From Octopus vulgaris (taxonomy: Eukaryota): DNA of 64,000 nt. Position numbers and translations under genes: made by a program. This document shows, piece by piece, positions 1-13,931 of the stretch. Position 1 is the first letter of the stretch; every line of letters begins with the position of its first letter. The stretch covers positions 37,572,001 through 37,636,000 of the forward strand of contig OX597814.1 of NCBI GenBank assembly GCA_951406725.2, given 5' to 3'. The notes beneath the pieces were generated by a model. That model saw only the letters and a program-made list of their open reading frames with translations, made no database searches and was not told where the DNA came from.

Positions 1-1750
1 TTAAAGTCTCCTAAAAGAACTAAAGAATGTGACCTGGCTAGACATTTCCCTAGGTCACGGAAATATTCCCTTCCCTTTTTTTACCAGAATGATTGCATGC
101 ATAAGTTGCAACCAGCCTGATCGTCTTGCTACAACTCAAAGTGAAATCCCAAATGACTAGCCTACCCTCTAGATCAGAAAAATCAACTTTTGCTCGGAAA
201 CCCGGTTTCTTTTAAGAGAACCAACACCCCACCCCCACCTTTAGCCCGACGCGGAGAAACGTATTTCTCGTAACCGTTCAGCAGGGGGAGCAGATCTCTT
301 GGTCCTTTCAACCAGGCTTCAGCAGCAACAATTACATCCAAATACCGCGACCTGATGTCATTTAGGAAGTGCCCTTACTTCCAGCTTGACATCAGGCTAC
401 TTATATTTCAATAACCAATGTGAATAGCCATAGGCATCTTACCTTAAACTATTCTGCACTATCAGGTGGAAGGGAGTCTCGACCTCATCATTATTTTCCT
501 CTCACGGGATCGGGACAGGTAATCCTTGGAAGATGGAATAATGGAAGTCCATAATCATTGTACTAACAATCTTCCTCAATTTATTCTCAAGGATTCTGTG
601 GTGGGTTTTCAGTGACTTCGAAAATTTCGTAGTTCTTAAACTTGTCTGACATTTCGTCAATGCGTATCGGTGTATTGCTAAGTTTCAATTCCCTCATTAA
701 TTCTGCGTCATCCGTATTAACCATTATCTCTTTCGTCTTTTTCCCTTTTCGCTGTTTTCTTGGGTCTCGAATCCGATGTCACCGCTTTGGGTTGTGTAAT
801 AGGCTGCATCTTTCTTTAGTTCTCCTTCTTTTCCCCTTCTACTTTCTCCTCCTCCTCTTCCATTCCCTCTTTACATTCATTACGAATATGGCCTAACTCG
901 CCACATTGGAAACATCTGCGTTTTTGTCCCTCAAAAAAAAAAAAATATGAAGGCCTCCTCCTCATTTCAATTTTTTTGGCGATTTCGTCTAGAATTTTGG
1001 CTTTGCTTGTATCATCATATTGATGTTATGACCAGACTAATTTATTTTTTCTCTGACTGAATCCTGCAGCAGTGTAATTTTCTCCGCCTGGTTCATTATA
1101 GCAACCACCACTAGCCACATGTGATCTATGTCTGGAGGGATTATTTCAGTCGTTAATAGTGTCATCCCCATGTAAATGGGGATGACACCATCAACGACTG
1201 AAATAATCCCTCCATGGGGATGAATGCCACATCTGTTTTCAGTGTTTCCACCGAGTGGTATTTCGCTCTTCCTTCATTTTTCATCCTTACTTCTATTGTT
1301 CCGAATTTTTTCCCTCTTGTTATATAATCGAAGTCACACCAAACAGCTTTTAAACATTTTTATATTTTCTCTACTGACATCCGGCTTTTTAAGTTATATG
1401 TCTTGTAGATTATCATTTCTTTCCCTCTCCTCTTGTTATAGTTTCTCTGGTGGTTGTACTTTCACCACATTTCCGTTTTTTATGTAATTTTTTATTTCCT
1501 TTTTACTCCTCGAGATTTGCCGGATTGTACCCCCGGATGCTGACGCGAAACTTTTCTTTTTTTCTTCACTTTCCTTCTCTTTTTGCACACTAGGTGTATC
1601 AACTAATCTTTTAGATTCTAAGCTTTTCTTTTATTTTCAAGTCCCATGCGGAACGCCTCTTGTGTTTTCATACGTGATCCTTCAGTTGAACTTGACATGC
1701 CTTCAAACATGTTTTCCATGGTTCCGTTGGCTTATCGCCACACCACATTT
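1..1750 (-). mobile_element. Decayed L1/Tx1-like LINE: start of ORF2 AP-endonuclease (about 437 to 1) preceded by a probable ORF1 remnant; runs off the window edge
   Basis: Manual minus-strand translation gives ...LNDIRSRYLDVIVAAEAWL...EGRLVIWDF...IRLVATYA...RDLGKCLARSHSLVLLGDF, i.e. APE motifs with stops and frameshifts. The upstream region is Lys/Glu-rich and broken; the right boundary is approximate. Confidence 0.7.
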
Positions 1751-2077
1751 TTTATTCAAAACAATAATTGTAATTATTCTCCCCAGCGGGGGAATGATTA
1801 AGGAATGCTTTCAACAAGCAATGTACAGTTTTTGGTGATAATTTAACAACAAACAACAATGTATCAACAATGAATTCAGGATGAACCACAATTCACCACA
1901 AGTGAAAACACGCACCGGTGAAACCTTTTTCGAAAAGGTTATACTTTTAATGAAAAGCTCATATAATTTAAAAGAAAACCCATCAGCGAACCAGTCCAAG
2001 TTTTCTAAAAGAAACAAGTCTATTGATTTCCCTGGGAAATTTGAAAAAACCTGAACCTGCCGCGTGAGTAAAAGTAG

Positions 2078-2600
2078 CGGGAACACAAACCAACACCAGT
2101 GCTTGAAAATGATCACATCTCACTCACCTGGAACTTTAACAATCAAACTGAGAGAAAGATAGATGCAAATAGGCCAGACATCATGATGAAGGATTTCATG
2201 ATGCCTCCTCATTGATATGACTGTCCCAATCGTTATAAATGTATCTGTCAAGACCTACCAAAACTGAGCAAGTATAAAGATCTTGAAATAGAAATTAGCA
2301 GAATGTGGAACGTCAAGACTAAAACAATACCTATTGTCATAGGTGACCTAGGAATGATAGCAAAAGGGGCTGATTGCTACGTAGCTCTGATACCAAGAAA
2401 TTCAAAAGTTTGTGCTCATGGGAACTGTTCATATCCTACGTAAAATACTGTCTCAAATCTCAAGTTTTAAAATAAACACAATTTTCTTATGGTTTCTTAA
2501 ACATTCTCCAAAACAACGCTAAGCATAGGACTAACACGAACTTCTAACTTGTTGTCTCTGGGTGAGACAAAGTAAATGCAAAGTAAATGTCAAACATAAA
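2078..2600 (+). mobile_element. Old 5'-truncated copy of R4/Dong-type family A (endonuclease end + 3' UTR)
   Basis: Aligns by eye to 25680-26320 (gaacacaaacc...gatgcaaataggccagacatc...gtcaaacata), with many substitutions and deletions. Confidence 0.92.
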
Positions 2601-2843
<243 letters not shown>

Positions 2844-3495
2844 ATAGACGAGTTGCATTGCATTACAGCTGTCTCAATTGCGTTTTTTTATTGAAGAAAA
2901 GTATTACATCATGCGAAAATCCGTTTCTTCAGTTGAATATGGGTAAGAATCAGCAATTAGAACTCCTCACAACACAGAACATTGTACCAGATGACTGATC
3001 AATTTAATTTCGGCAGGAGCAGGAAATGTTTACTCCTTTCATTGTATTACGTAACACTGTTGTTCATTAATAAAGAACACATATCCAAAGCTGTCCTAAA
3101 CTACAAACCAACTTTGTTATCATTTATTTTTCATCTAACTGGAAACACTTCCAAACATTTCGATCTGGAGCCTATATTCGACGTTGGAATACTTGTGGGG
3201 AGTGTAACCCTGTTTGACATCGGTAACACTTTGTGTATTCAGGCACTTGCTTGTGAGTTGATACATAAACGTGACGCATTATCTACACCCACCAAAGAAA
3301 AATGTAATGAATATAACTAATGCAGAAGAAACACTTAAGGAGATTGTTGAACATTAACAAAAGAATCGCAAAAGTAAAATATTTAGAGCGCCTTGGTACT
3401 CTTAATACCAATGACTACATTGACATCCGTGAAATCAAGTAAACTTGGCATAGCAAAGAATTCTATGATATCTCTAAACACCATAGAGACGAAAA

Positions 3496-3882
3496 GGAGG
3501 CGCAATGGCCCAGTGGTTAGGGCAGCGGACTCGCGGTCGTAGGATCACGGTTTCGATTCCCAGACCGGGGGTTGTGAGTGTTTATTGAGCGAAAACACCT
3601 AAAAAGCTCCACGAGGCTCCGGCAGGGGGTGGTGGCGATCCCTGCTGTACTCTTTCATCACAACTTTCTCTCACTCTTACTTCCTGTTTCTGTTGTACCT
3701 GTATTTCAAAGGGCTGGCCTTGTCACTCTCTGTGTCACACTGAATATCCCCGAGAAATACGTTAAGGGTGCACGTGTCTGTGGAGTGCTCAGCCACTTAC
3801 ACGTTAATTTTACGAGCAGCCTGTTCCGTTGATTCGGATCAACCGGAGCACTCGTCGTCGTAACCGACCGAGTGCTTCCATC
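3496..3882 (+). mobile_element. tRNA-derived SINE resembling the octopus OR-type families, full length
   Basis: A box TGGCCCAGTGG and B-box-like GGTTTCGATTCC. Flanked by a probable target-site duplication agagacgaa (3485-3493 and 3888-3896). The same head recurs at 49.3 kb and 62.6 kb. Confidence 0.88.
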
Positions 3883-4190
3883 AATCCAGAGACGAAGAAG
3901 TCATCTCTGCGAAAAAGAACAAAATAAGTGATATTTAGCCAACTATGGTGAAGGTTGAGGGATATTTGCAGAACTGTGCTGACAGGTACAGCACAGAATT
4001 GGGTCGAGGGCCGCAATGGCTAACTTATTTGAGTTTTCCGTCTAGAAGAGAAAATGTACTTAGATAAATTCATTTATAATTTATTGACAAATATACACCA
4101 TTCTTGTTTTATCCGCGAATAAGATACTACGGCAAATATTTCGCAATATTTGGAGGCAGTAAGAAATAATGCTCTACGTAAATTCCCCGA

Positions 4191-4271
4191 GGACAATATA
4201 TTCTCCGATGCCAAAATGCTGATGTAGACCAAGCAACAACCCATCAGTGGCTGAAAAGCTCTGGATTGAAA
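4191..4271 (+). pseudogene. Tiny fragment of another R4/Dong-type ORF
   Basis: Translates GQYILRCQNADVDQATTHQWLKSSGLK, versus family A GKYPKRANNADIDKALTHQWLMASGLK. Confidence 0.75.
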
Positions 4272-4649
4272 GATTTACATGTATAAAGTCTGTCTCTCAG
4301 ATTAAACTTATATTTTACGTTTTGCATTGTCTGCAGAGGTTTTCGTTAAGATTGCTTCAGAAATTTAAATTGCAAATCCTGAATAATTGTCATGCGTCAA
4401 TTTTAATTCTTTACGTCTGGTTGAGTTTAAGCTGATATGTTACTAGAGTCGATGTGCAATTATTTACATTAAGATACACAGTGTATCATTTTATAGCGCT
4501 CACAATTTAGGATATCATTATATACACAGCAGTGTTAATACTTCATATATATTCCGTTAGTCATTATTTTTTGAATTTGTCTGCAGATAATTTTACTGAA
4601 AAATATAAATAATTATTTTGCGTTCATAATTTATACTTTCAAATAAAGC

Positions 4650-5181
4650 ACAAGGCCTGAAATTTGTGGGGAGAGGACTAGTCAGTGACATCGATCCCAG
4701 TGTTTCAGACCCCGAAAGGACGAAATGCAAAGTCGACCTCGGCGGAATTTGAACTCAGAGCATAGTGGAAGGCGAAATACCCACTTCTTTACTGCCTACA
4801 AGGGGCTACACACAGACGGGACAAACAAGGACAGACACACGGATTAAGTCGATTATAGTGAACGCAGGGCGTAACTGGTACTTAATTTATCGGCCCCGAA
4901 AGGATGAAAGGCAAACTCGACCTCGACGGAATTTGAACTCAGAGCGTAGCGGCAGACAAAATATATATTTCTTTACTACCCACCAGGGCTAAACACAGAG
5001 AGGACAAACAAGGACAGACACACGGATTAAGTCGATTATATCGACTCCAGTGCGTAACTGGTATTTATTTAATCGGCCCCGAAAGCATGAAAGACAAAGT
5101 CGACCTTGGCGTAATTTGAACACAGAGAGTAGCGGCAGACGAAGGACGAAATACCGCTAAGCATTTCGTCCGCCGTGCTAA
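4650..5181 (-). mobile_element. Second tRNA-like SINE family with an internally triplicated ~184-bp body
   Basis: The motif gaccccgaaaggatgaaaggcaaagtcgacctcggcggaatttgaactcag recurs three times. B-box-like GAGTTCAAATTCC on the minus strand. Same family as 8075-8645. Confidence 0.85.
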
Positions 5182-7119
5182 ATCATGAGTTCATAATTTA
5201 TATTTCATTTGCTAGAAAATAAATGTCGTTCAATGTATAAGCATAAACGCATATACATACATGTAAACATATGTGTGTGCGCGCACGCGCGAGTGTATGC
5301 GCTTATTTCTTCTATTTTCTATGGTCAACAGGTCTTGGACTATTACAGTATGATTGACACTTAATTTATATAGTGGCCAACAACCACGGGGTAAAACAAA
5401 ATCCGCTGAACAATTTAAAAGAAAAAACACATTTTAAAATTATCTTCTTGCCATTCAATGACAAATTTTGTGACAACTATGATTCGGCGATCAACTTTTT
5501 CTGTCATCCTTATCATATTACGAAAAATATGTTCCAATTTGCATGATGTAAAATTCTTAAATTAAAAGCTATTTTTATTGCATATATATACATAATTATG
5601 CCACCCACCAAAGAAAAATGTAATGAATATAACTAATGCAGAAGAAACATTATTCATTTCGAATGTGTATAATCTGCATAACTTGCAACTGAATTTCCCT
5701 GAAAAATAATTTCATATTACACTGTTTAGCGGAGAATTCAGTTAATCCGTGAAATCAAGTAAACTTCAGTGCATAGCAAAGAATTCATATGATATCTCTA
5801 TAAATAATGTTAGTAGTGTGTCTCTTAGTACGGCACAGTTGTGTAAAACAGGTATTCAAAGTTTAAAGTGAACAACTGACGCTGAAATGCATTACCATTT
5901 CTTTCGGTTAAATGTATGAAAATATAAGAAGAAACTACGATTTAATGATCTGACTCTAAACTAATCTCCTTCGTCTCATTCTTTGTCACATTGACGGCAT
6001 ACACATGTAATCTTTCTATATCTCTATCCACTCTCTGTGTGTATGTGTTTGTGTTTTTATGACGTTCGATGGAATGCGGCACTGGGTGTCACTAATAGTA
6101 AGAAGAGGGATTAAAATATGACTAAACAGATGTATATTATATACAAATTAATTTGGTTTGAATAAGACAAAAAATAGTTATTTTGTGAAAATTAGCAACT
6201 GTCAAATATATGGAGTGGCATACGCCAATAATTTGGAAAATAGTAAATATTCTTTCCATTTCTCAACACTTTCTGTTTGCACAAAGGTGAAGTAGATACA
6301 CAATACATTATTATAGTAGGAATTTAAATGAAATGTTGTATTACAGTTTAGAGTCTCATGCCACAGTCGAAGACTGTCGGGGCAATTTTGTGGCAGTCAG
6401 AGAAATGATTTAGGTAACTGAAATACGCTCACTCGTATCCAGATATCTTTCTTGCCACAGACAATATATTAAACACACACAAGAAGCGTTTATATAATAT
6501 CACGTTTCATTAAATATTTTCCCCCTTATTAGTAAAGCAGAGACGCTTTTAAATTATATATGATATATAAAAATCTATATATAGTGTTTGAACTGCATTA
6601 TTATAACATGTGTATATACGTATGTTCTTTTCCGTAACCATATTCACTCAACCGCAAATACATGTTAACAGCTACTCTTGTACACTTCTTGAAACAGACT
6701 GTTATACATAGAAAGAATACACATGACACTCGAATTCATCTCGCAAATAACGTTGATAAACTGCGTCAACAATGTTGATATAGCTATTATGCGCATACAT
6801 TTCCATAACTCTTGTGTACATTTCCATAACTCTTGTACGTTCTGTGTCGCATATTATGAACTCATGTACATGAAATCTTTTGTGTCATCTTATATAAATA
6901 ATTATTTTGCGTTCATAATTTATACTTTCAAATAAAGCACGTTATGCCGTACATGATATGTGAATGTGGAAAGTTATGTGGAAAATAAGCATTTCACCAT
7001 TGGTTATCACCCTCGTTTGAAACCCGAGAGAAAGAATTGAATTTAACATAACCTAAAACATTTATTTTGTTTCAATACCTGGCTGAGATTCACAATATCT
7101 TTTATTATTTCTTTAATTT

Positions 7120-7260
7120 ACGTTCTGAGTTCAAATTCTGCCGAGGTTGACTTTGCCTTTCGGGGTCGATAAATTGAGTACCAGTTGCCTATTGAGGTCG
7201 AGCTAATGGAGTAGCACCCTGACCCAAAATTTCATTCATTGTGCTTAGAGTACTAAAGAA
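7120..7260 (+). mobile_element. Truncated copy of the second SINE family
   Basis: acgttctgagttcaaattctgccgaggttgactttgcctttcggggtcgataaattgagtaccag is the reverse complement of the unit at 8.1-8.6 kb. Confidence 0.8.
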
Positions 7261-8074
7261 TATCGCTTATGCTTTATTATTTTTGTAATTCGCTGTTTCC
7301 CCTTAACGTCATATTCTTTTTTATGCATTTAATTCTCCGATGTTTAGTCTACCACTTAATTTAATCTGGTGTCGATAATATTCAACGAATCCGCTAAATT
7401 GACGAAAATCTTTAGTAAGTGTATGCATATACAGGTAGGTAAAGCTCATAAACATATAAATATATGCCTATAGGTATGCACATATATTGCTTTTTTGTAT
7501 ACTTTTTTTTATACGTATATATATCCTTTTAAAGGCATATATGTTTGGAAAAATACACAATCTGGATGATTTTACCTGGATGTTTAAATAAAGTAAAGCC
7601 ATTTTGTGCAAGCATTTGTCTACATATGTTCTCAATTTCCGAACTATCAGATTAGTTCTCAAAACTTTTCATTTAGATTACATGGTTTGGTTTACAATTT
7701 TGTTTTAAATGCCTGATATTTTAATTTGTTACTACGATGGGCAAATGCACCACAATTCAAACCAAATATAACACGAGACATCCTTTTTTGATGAGCACTT
7801 TTGCGATATTATAATGCTAAATTATGGAAATATATGTGTGAACTGAAATCATCGTGCATGTCTGAAGTGGTAGCTAGGTAGGTCTAAAGTGCATAAACGA
7901 AATAAATAAATGAATAAAAAATAATTGAATATATATAGTACAAGTTGTAGGTAACAATATATCAAAACCAGCAACCCACCGATTACAGCCAAAAATAGAT
8001 AAACCTGCAATGGATTCAGTCCATGTTCCATTGAGGCTTGTTATTGTTATTGATAATTCTTGCTGCCAAGAATT

Positions 8075-8645
8075 TTTCTACTCTAAGAACGAAATTTTTG
8101 GAGGGGAGGCAGTCGATTAAATCGACTCCAGTACGCAGCTGGTACTTAATTTATTGACCCCGAAAGGTTGAAAGGCAAAATCGATCTCAGCGGAATTTGA
8201 ACTCAGGACGTAAAGACAGACGAAATACCTATTTCTTTACTACACACAAGGGGCTAAACACAGAGAAAACAAACAAGGACAGGCAAACGGGATTAAGTCG
8301 ACTATATCGACCCAAGTGCGTTCATGGTACTTAATTTATCGACCCCGAAAGGATGAAAGGCAAAGTTGACCTCGGCAGAATTTGAACTCAGAACGTAACG
8401 GCAGCCGAAATACCTATTTCTTTACTACCCACAAGGGGCTGAACACAGAGGGGACAAACAAGGACAGACAAACGGATTAAGTCTATTACATCGACCCCAT
8501 TGCGTAACTGGTACTTAATTTATCGACTCCGAAAGGATGAAAGGCAAAGTCGACCTCGGCGGAATTTGAACTCAGAACGTAACGGCAGACGAAATACGGC
8601 TACGCATTTCGCCCGGCGTGCTAACGTTTCTGCCAGCTCGCCGCC
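8075..8645 (-). mobile_element. Second SINE family: complete head plus three ~184-bp tandem units
   Basis: Minus-strand head ggcggcgagctggcagaaacgttagcacg. The unit marker gac(c/t)ccgaaagg occurs at 8156, 8341 and 8525. Confidence 0.88.
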
Positions 8646-10131
8646 TTTATGCTAAGATATTGCTTGAAGGACAAACTGAGAAACACGTGGGAATATGTTA
8701 TTCACGCGCTTAAAAACACTCCCACACCCATTCACACACAAACGCACATACAAGCACACACAAATACACAAGCACAAACACACAGAAAATTGTCAACCTT
8801 CATACACTTATATTCTTATGTTTTATATTTTTCGTTTGTGTGTTTTTGTTTCTTAATTTGGTACAACCAAGTATATATTTTCCAGTCTTTGAACAATTTG
8901 ATTGATAACGTTTCCTTTAAGAACATTTTGCTTCTACATTTGAATACATACCTTACTGATTCTGTAATTGTAGTGCAGATTCCTCTCCAATAACACTTTC
9001 AGAATTTCAACACATTAATAACTGAATTGGACACATGTAAATTATCAGTTCTACTAATATATATATATATATAGAGAGAGAGATAGATAGATAGATATTT
9101 ATGGTTTCTTTCATTTAAAATTTGTTGCTGAAATTGCTATATGTTATTCTGCCTTTGTAACATGTTAATTATCAAATATATTTTGCAGCTTCCTTGCCTC
9201 ACTTCTGTTAAAGAGGTGATGCGATTTGAATTGTTCATGCCGGAAATGGTCCTGATGTCAACCTAAAATCTGAAACATCCGAGACTTGTTGTTCGTTCTT
9301 TACGTCTAAAAGACAGTACAGTTTCAGATGGTTTTTGCTGTGGTGTGCTTACTGGCTGTATCATATATTTGGGTACCAATATTTAAGAACTTTCTACCAA
9401 AAACTTCTAAAGGAGACGTTGCCGCATTTACTTAGTGATCTTGCGAGATTTTAAGAATTTACATATCTAAGAATTCACGTTATCACATATAAACAATTTT
9501 TTTCTTTTCACTAGACATATACTCATATACTTTCCCCGATTTAGCTAATAACCAGGTGTCGAAATCATCCCTCATAACCACAATGGTATTATTTCCTATC
9601 CTACAGTAGAAATAAGATTTTGAAAAGTGAGTTACATCTTATATAGGCTTGTAATTTCACATCTTCTGCTCTTTAAAAAGAACACGCATAATACATATGT
9701 AAAAATTCTCCTCGTGAAAACTATATCCAATTCTTTTTCGATAAGGGATGGAAACCTGGAATGATCTTGGATATTCCCTCGGATTCTTTAATCGCCCCTT
9801 CCTCTATATACGTACATACATGCACTCACACGCACTCACAAACATATGCATACATGCAGACAGACGGTCATATACATGCGCGCATATATTTATGCATATT
9901 TGTAGGTACATTCAATTTTTGGTTTACTTATGATTAGTACATGTTTTGCTTTGTTTACTCTAATGTTTGTAAAACTCTGAATCGCCGTATTGCTGATGTT
10001 ATAGAGAAAGTTTCAACGAAAGAATAAAGTGAAAATGTTTCAAAATATCAAAATTATTGCTTTAACTCGAGACCACCTAAATATGTGAAGATGCTTCTCC
10101 TGTCTGAAATGAATTACACACTGGGAAGTAG

Positions 10132-10286
10132 TTATTTACATTCTTTACATTATTTATATTTGACGGATATTTATCATTATTTTGTTTGTTATTAACACAA
10201 CGTTTCGGCTGATATACCAGCCGGTCTTCATCAAGTGTCTTGGGGAAATTTCAAACCTGGATTCTCATAAGGTATTTTTCGATCTT

Positions 10287-10356
<70 letters not shown>

Positions 10357-10623
10357 TCATTGCCTGTAATCTTGGGGTTAAGATTCCGAGTTCGATTCCA
10401 GGCAGTGACGTGAATATTATTATTATTATTATTATTATTAATAATAATAATAATAATAATAATAACAACAGCAACATCGAAAAACACCCTAGGAATGAGA
10501 ACCCATGTTCGAAATTTCCCCAAAACACATTCTGAGGGCTGGAGAGTATATCAGCCGAAACGTTGTGTTAACAACAAACAAGATGAGGACAAATATCATT
10601 CAAATGTAAATAATGTAAATAAT
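10132..10623. mobile_element. Fold-back element made of inverted Penelope-like termini with degenerate minimal hammerhead ribozyme cores
   Basis: Arms at about 10132-10283 and 10476-10623 are imperfect reverse complements. Both arms carry ...TGA...GGCTG...CAGCC-GAAACGTT-GTG. The centre holds (CTT)n(ATT)n, a small palindrome and (ATT)n(AAT)n. Confidence 0.75.
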
Positions 10624-10736
10624 CTACATAGCTCCTGATCTATTAAATTTAGAACAGTAGTTCATTTAGTTCGTTCAAGATATCGAATAAAGCTGGAGAA
10701 CTATTTTCCCACTTGTGTGAGGAGGACATTAAAATT

Positions 10737-10890
10737 AATGATGTCGATGATGATGATGATGAAGATGATGATGACGATGATGATGAGGATCATGATGATG
10801 ATGATGATGATGATTTTCATGATGATGATGACGACGACGAAGATGAGCGCGACGATGACGGAGATGATGTTAATTATGATGATGATGTGA
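10737..10890 (+). repeat. Degenerate (GAT)n microsatellite
   Basis: Seen directly in the sequence. Confidence 0.9.
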
Positions 10891-11221
10891 TTAAACACTT
10901 AAAATATAATGCATATCATTAAGAGTGTAACATTTAATGAATTGTTTATGCATTTTGAGTTCGGATGCGGGGCTATTTGACCCAGTCTCTGAACATTTCC
11001 AACTCTTATATATATATATATATATATTAACAGTTATCGTCATGCAAACAGAGAAATAGGACGAATGCTGACGTTGATTAGATCCAAGAGGCCATCGCCT
11101 CTAGCTAGCTATGTAACCCCAAAACTTGTGTCCATTACAAACTTGGAATAGGGTTCGTTATCAGCTTCCGCATGCAGGTTCAAGCATTCACAGACTAATT
11201 TTGTGGTAGATATTTAGAAAT

Positions 11222-11226
<5 letters not shown>

Positions 11227-11281
<55 letters not shown>
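11227..11281 (+). repeat. (CT)n microsatellite
   Basis: Seen directly in the sequence. Confidence 0.95.
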
Positions 11282-11284
<3 letters not shown>

Positions 11285-11317
11285 ATATCACAAGATATCA
11301 ATTTTGTGGGATAAGCC

Positions 11318-11510
11318 AGGAAGCTGGAAGAAATACGCTTAGAGACATTTCTTCCAACTTCACTTCTCTGTTAAGATGTCGCCGATCGAAGTTACCTTTT
11401 ATAGATTTGGATCACTAAAACAAATACAATTTAAATACTGGGGTCGATGTAATCGCCTATCTTCCTTCTCCGTATTTGCTAGTTTTGTGCCGAAATTTGA
11501 ACTCAGTATT
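11318..11510 (+). mobile_element. Highly decayed copy of the second SINE family
   Basis: Retains tactggggtcgatgtaatcg and gtgccgaaatttgaa, similar to the family's 3' part. Confidence 0.5.
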
Positions 11511-13894
11511 ATAGAATAATTAATCAGCTACATCATCCCATATTGAAACTTGCATTGTTGAAATGCTAATAATGTATAAATATGCATTTCGCATTATGCA
11601 GTTAATGAAAGAGAAAATATATGACTAAGATAATGTTAGTATTATTTTTTAAACAATCTATTACATTAAAGTAACTATATATTTTTGCTCTCAATAAAAG
11701 TATTATGTTTGTGATTTTTATTAGTTTCTCCGTAGAATTCTGATGTGTTATCCAAAGAAACTGCAAATATTAATGAATGTTTTTATCTCTTCACGTAACA
11801 AACATAAAAAGAATTAATGGTGCAGTAAGATTTCTGAAAAAATCCTGCAATGATTCCATAGAAAATAGAGACAAATAGAAATAGATATAACAATAGAATC
11901 CTAGCTTGCTCAGGTGTAAGAAAAAGTTTTCATAATTGTAAACACAGCAAAGTTTTTATGCGATGATTTACGATTAACGACTGCAATCACTATTGTAAAT
12001 ACTCAAAATTTGTTTACGAATTCTAGAATTTAGTTGACATCTAATCATTGTTAATAATGTATATAAAATTCTTCCACCTACAAATATGATTTTCTGCTTA
12101 TCATATATTATGTATTTATGTTTGCTGATGAATGCATTTGTTTGTGCCTGCGGATTAGATTGCGCGTGTATATGTATATATTTATGATTATGAGCGTATT
12201 CCTTCGGTTCATTTGCTTGAGATTCGAGACGGTCTGTCAAATTTTTGGTGTCTGTGCAAATGTTGATATACTCCATCTTTAAATTAAGAAATTAAATTAA
12301 TGTTTTGTTTTCTCTTAGTGGAATATTAGATTATTCTTCAGTAATAAAAATGAACTCACATATATTGTAGTATAGTTTTGCCCATAAATCCTGCATTCAC
12401 TTCAATCATATATCTTAACAGATGTCTCCCACAAGGTTACGCACAATCAGAAACATGGGGAACAGAGATACTCTGAGTACTGTTTCAAACTATTTGTTAT
12501 TACGAAAATAATGTGGTCGATAAGAAAATAGAATTTAAAATCGTGATTCTAAATTCCTGTTGAACGTTTAAAAAATGTGTATCTCAATCTTAAGTTGCTG
12601 GGTTTTGAAATTCTCAAGAAAATAAAAACGTGTTTTTTGAAGGTTAAATAATACGAAAGTGTTCCGGCTAATTGCCTCTGTTAAATAAGTTCGTTGCTTA
12701 TTTATAAGTTAGTGATAGGGTACATATGAAGTCTCAAGCGTATCCCATCACTGGATATCTCATGCATAAAATCTATAAATGAAATATGGGTTTAGACGGA
12801 CATGTAAGCTTACTAAATATTAACACGATTGTTATTTATTACAGTCATTGAAGGCAAAGTGGATCTCCCTAAACGTGGTGGTTAAATAACAATAATCTTC
12901 TATCATAAATGGAGAGTGAATTCAATTCTTAATCAACTATTTTATTTATAATTAATTTCATGAGTCCAAACACGTGAAGGATATACCCATGTATTGAAGA
13001 ATTGCATAGAAATTGAGAGCGCACAGCTTTTGCCATGTCATATGCATATGTTGCACAGAAATATCAACGTGTTTTTTGAAAACTTCTATACAATTAGTTC
13101 ACATATGTCACCACATAGTGAAAACTTGTCAAATATCGCAATATTTTGAGAACTGATTTTCGCACTAGGTTGTATGTAAAGGAAATAATTGGGTACGTTG
13201 AGGCTTCCAGCCTGTATGATATCAAACAATGTTTTGAATGTTGAATTGTGAAGGATAAATATATTTTAGCCATATGTTCTCTAGTGATAATCATCAAATT
13301 TCATGTCAAAATTTTCATTGAAACCTAGTTATAAAATGAATACTAAAAGAATACCATGATTTTACATAATGATAATAAAGTATGTTTTAACGAAATTCCT
13401 TCAAGTGTAAGTTACTCAAACTTTCGGGATTCGTGTGATGTTAGCAATGCTAAATTCTTATACTGTATTGTAAATCAGTAATCAACAATCATACAAATGT
13501 TTGTAAACTGTTTAACCCTGCATAAAGCTGATTTAGGATGCGTTAAAATGTGACAATTTAGAATGAAAATGTTATTACAAAAATATATAAATTGCTACAG
13601 ACTTTGGAATTACGAAGTTCCTGTTTTACTGATGAGTCAAGTGTGTATTTTATCACATACTTACTCTTAGACTCTTGCAAAAAAATTACTGGCTATATGT
13701 GATATCATAATGAAAAACGATTTATGTTCAATGCGAAGACAAATGTACTCTTCTCTATTATTTTTACGAAATTTCAATCCCTTAATATATATTTAGGATT
13801 CACGTATCTGTATTTTTCTGTCTGTCGTCTATCCGTCTGTCTGTCTATCTGTATATCTGACTGTCTGTATGTATCTATCAATAACTATGTATGA

Positions 13895-13931
<37 letters not shown>

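Noticed and set aside
3496-3575. tRNA-like sequence (also at 49.3 kb and 62.6 kb)
   Set aside because: It continues into a shared SINE body, so it is a SINE head and not a tRNA gene.
10713-10922. Asp-rich 69-aa ORF
   Set aside because: Translation of a degenerate (GAT)n microsatellite.
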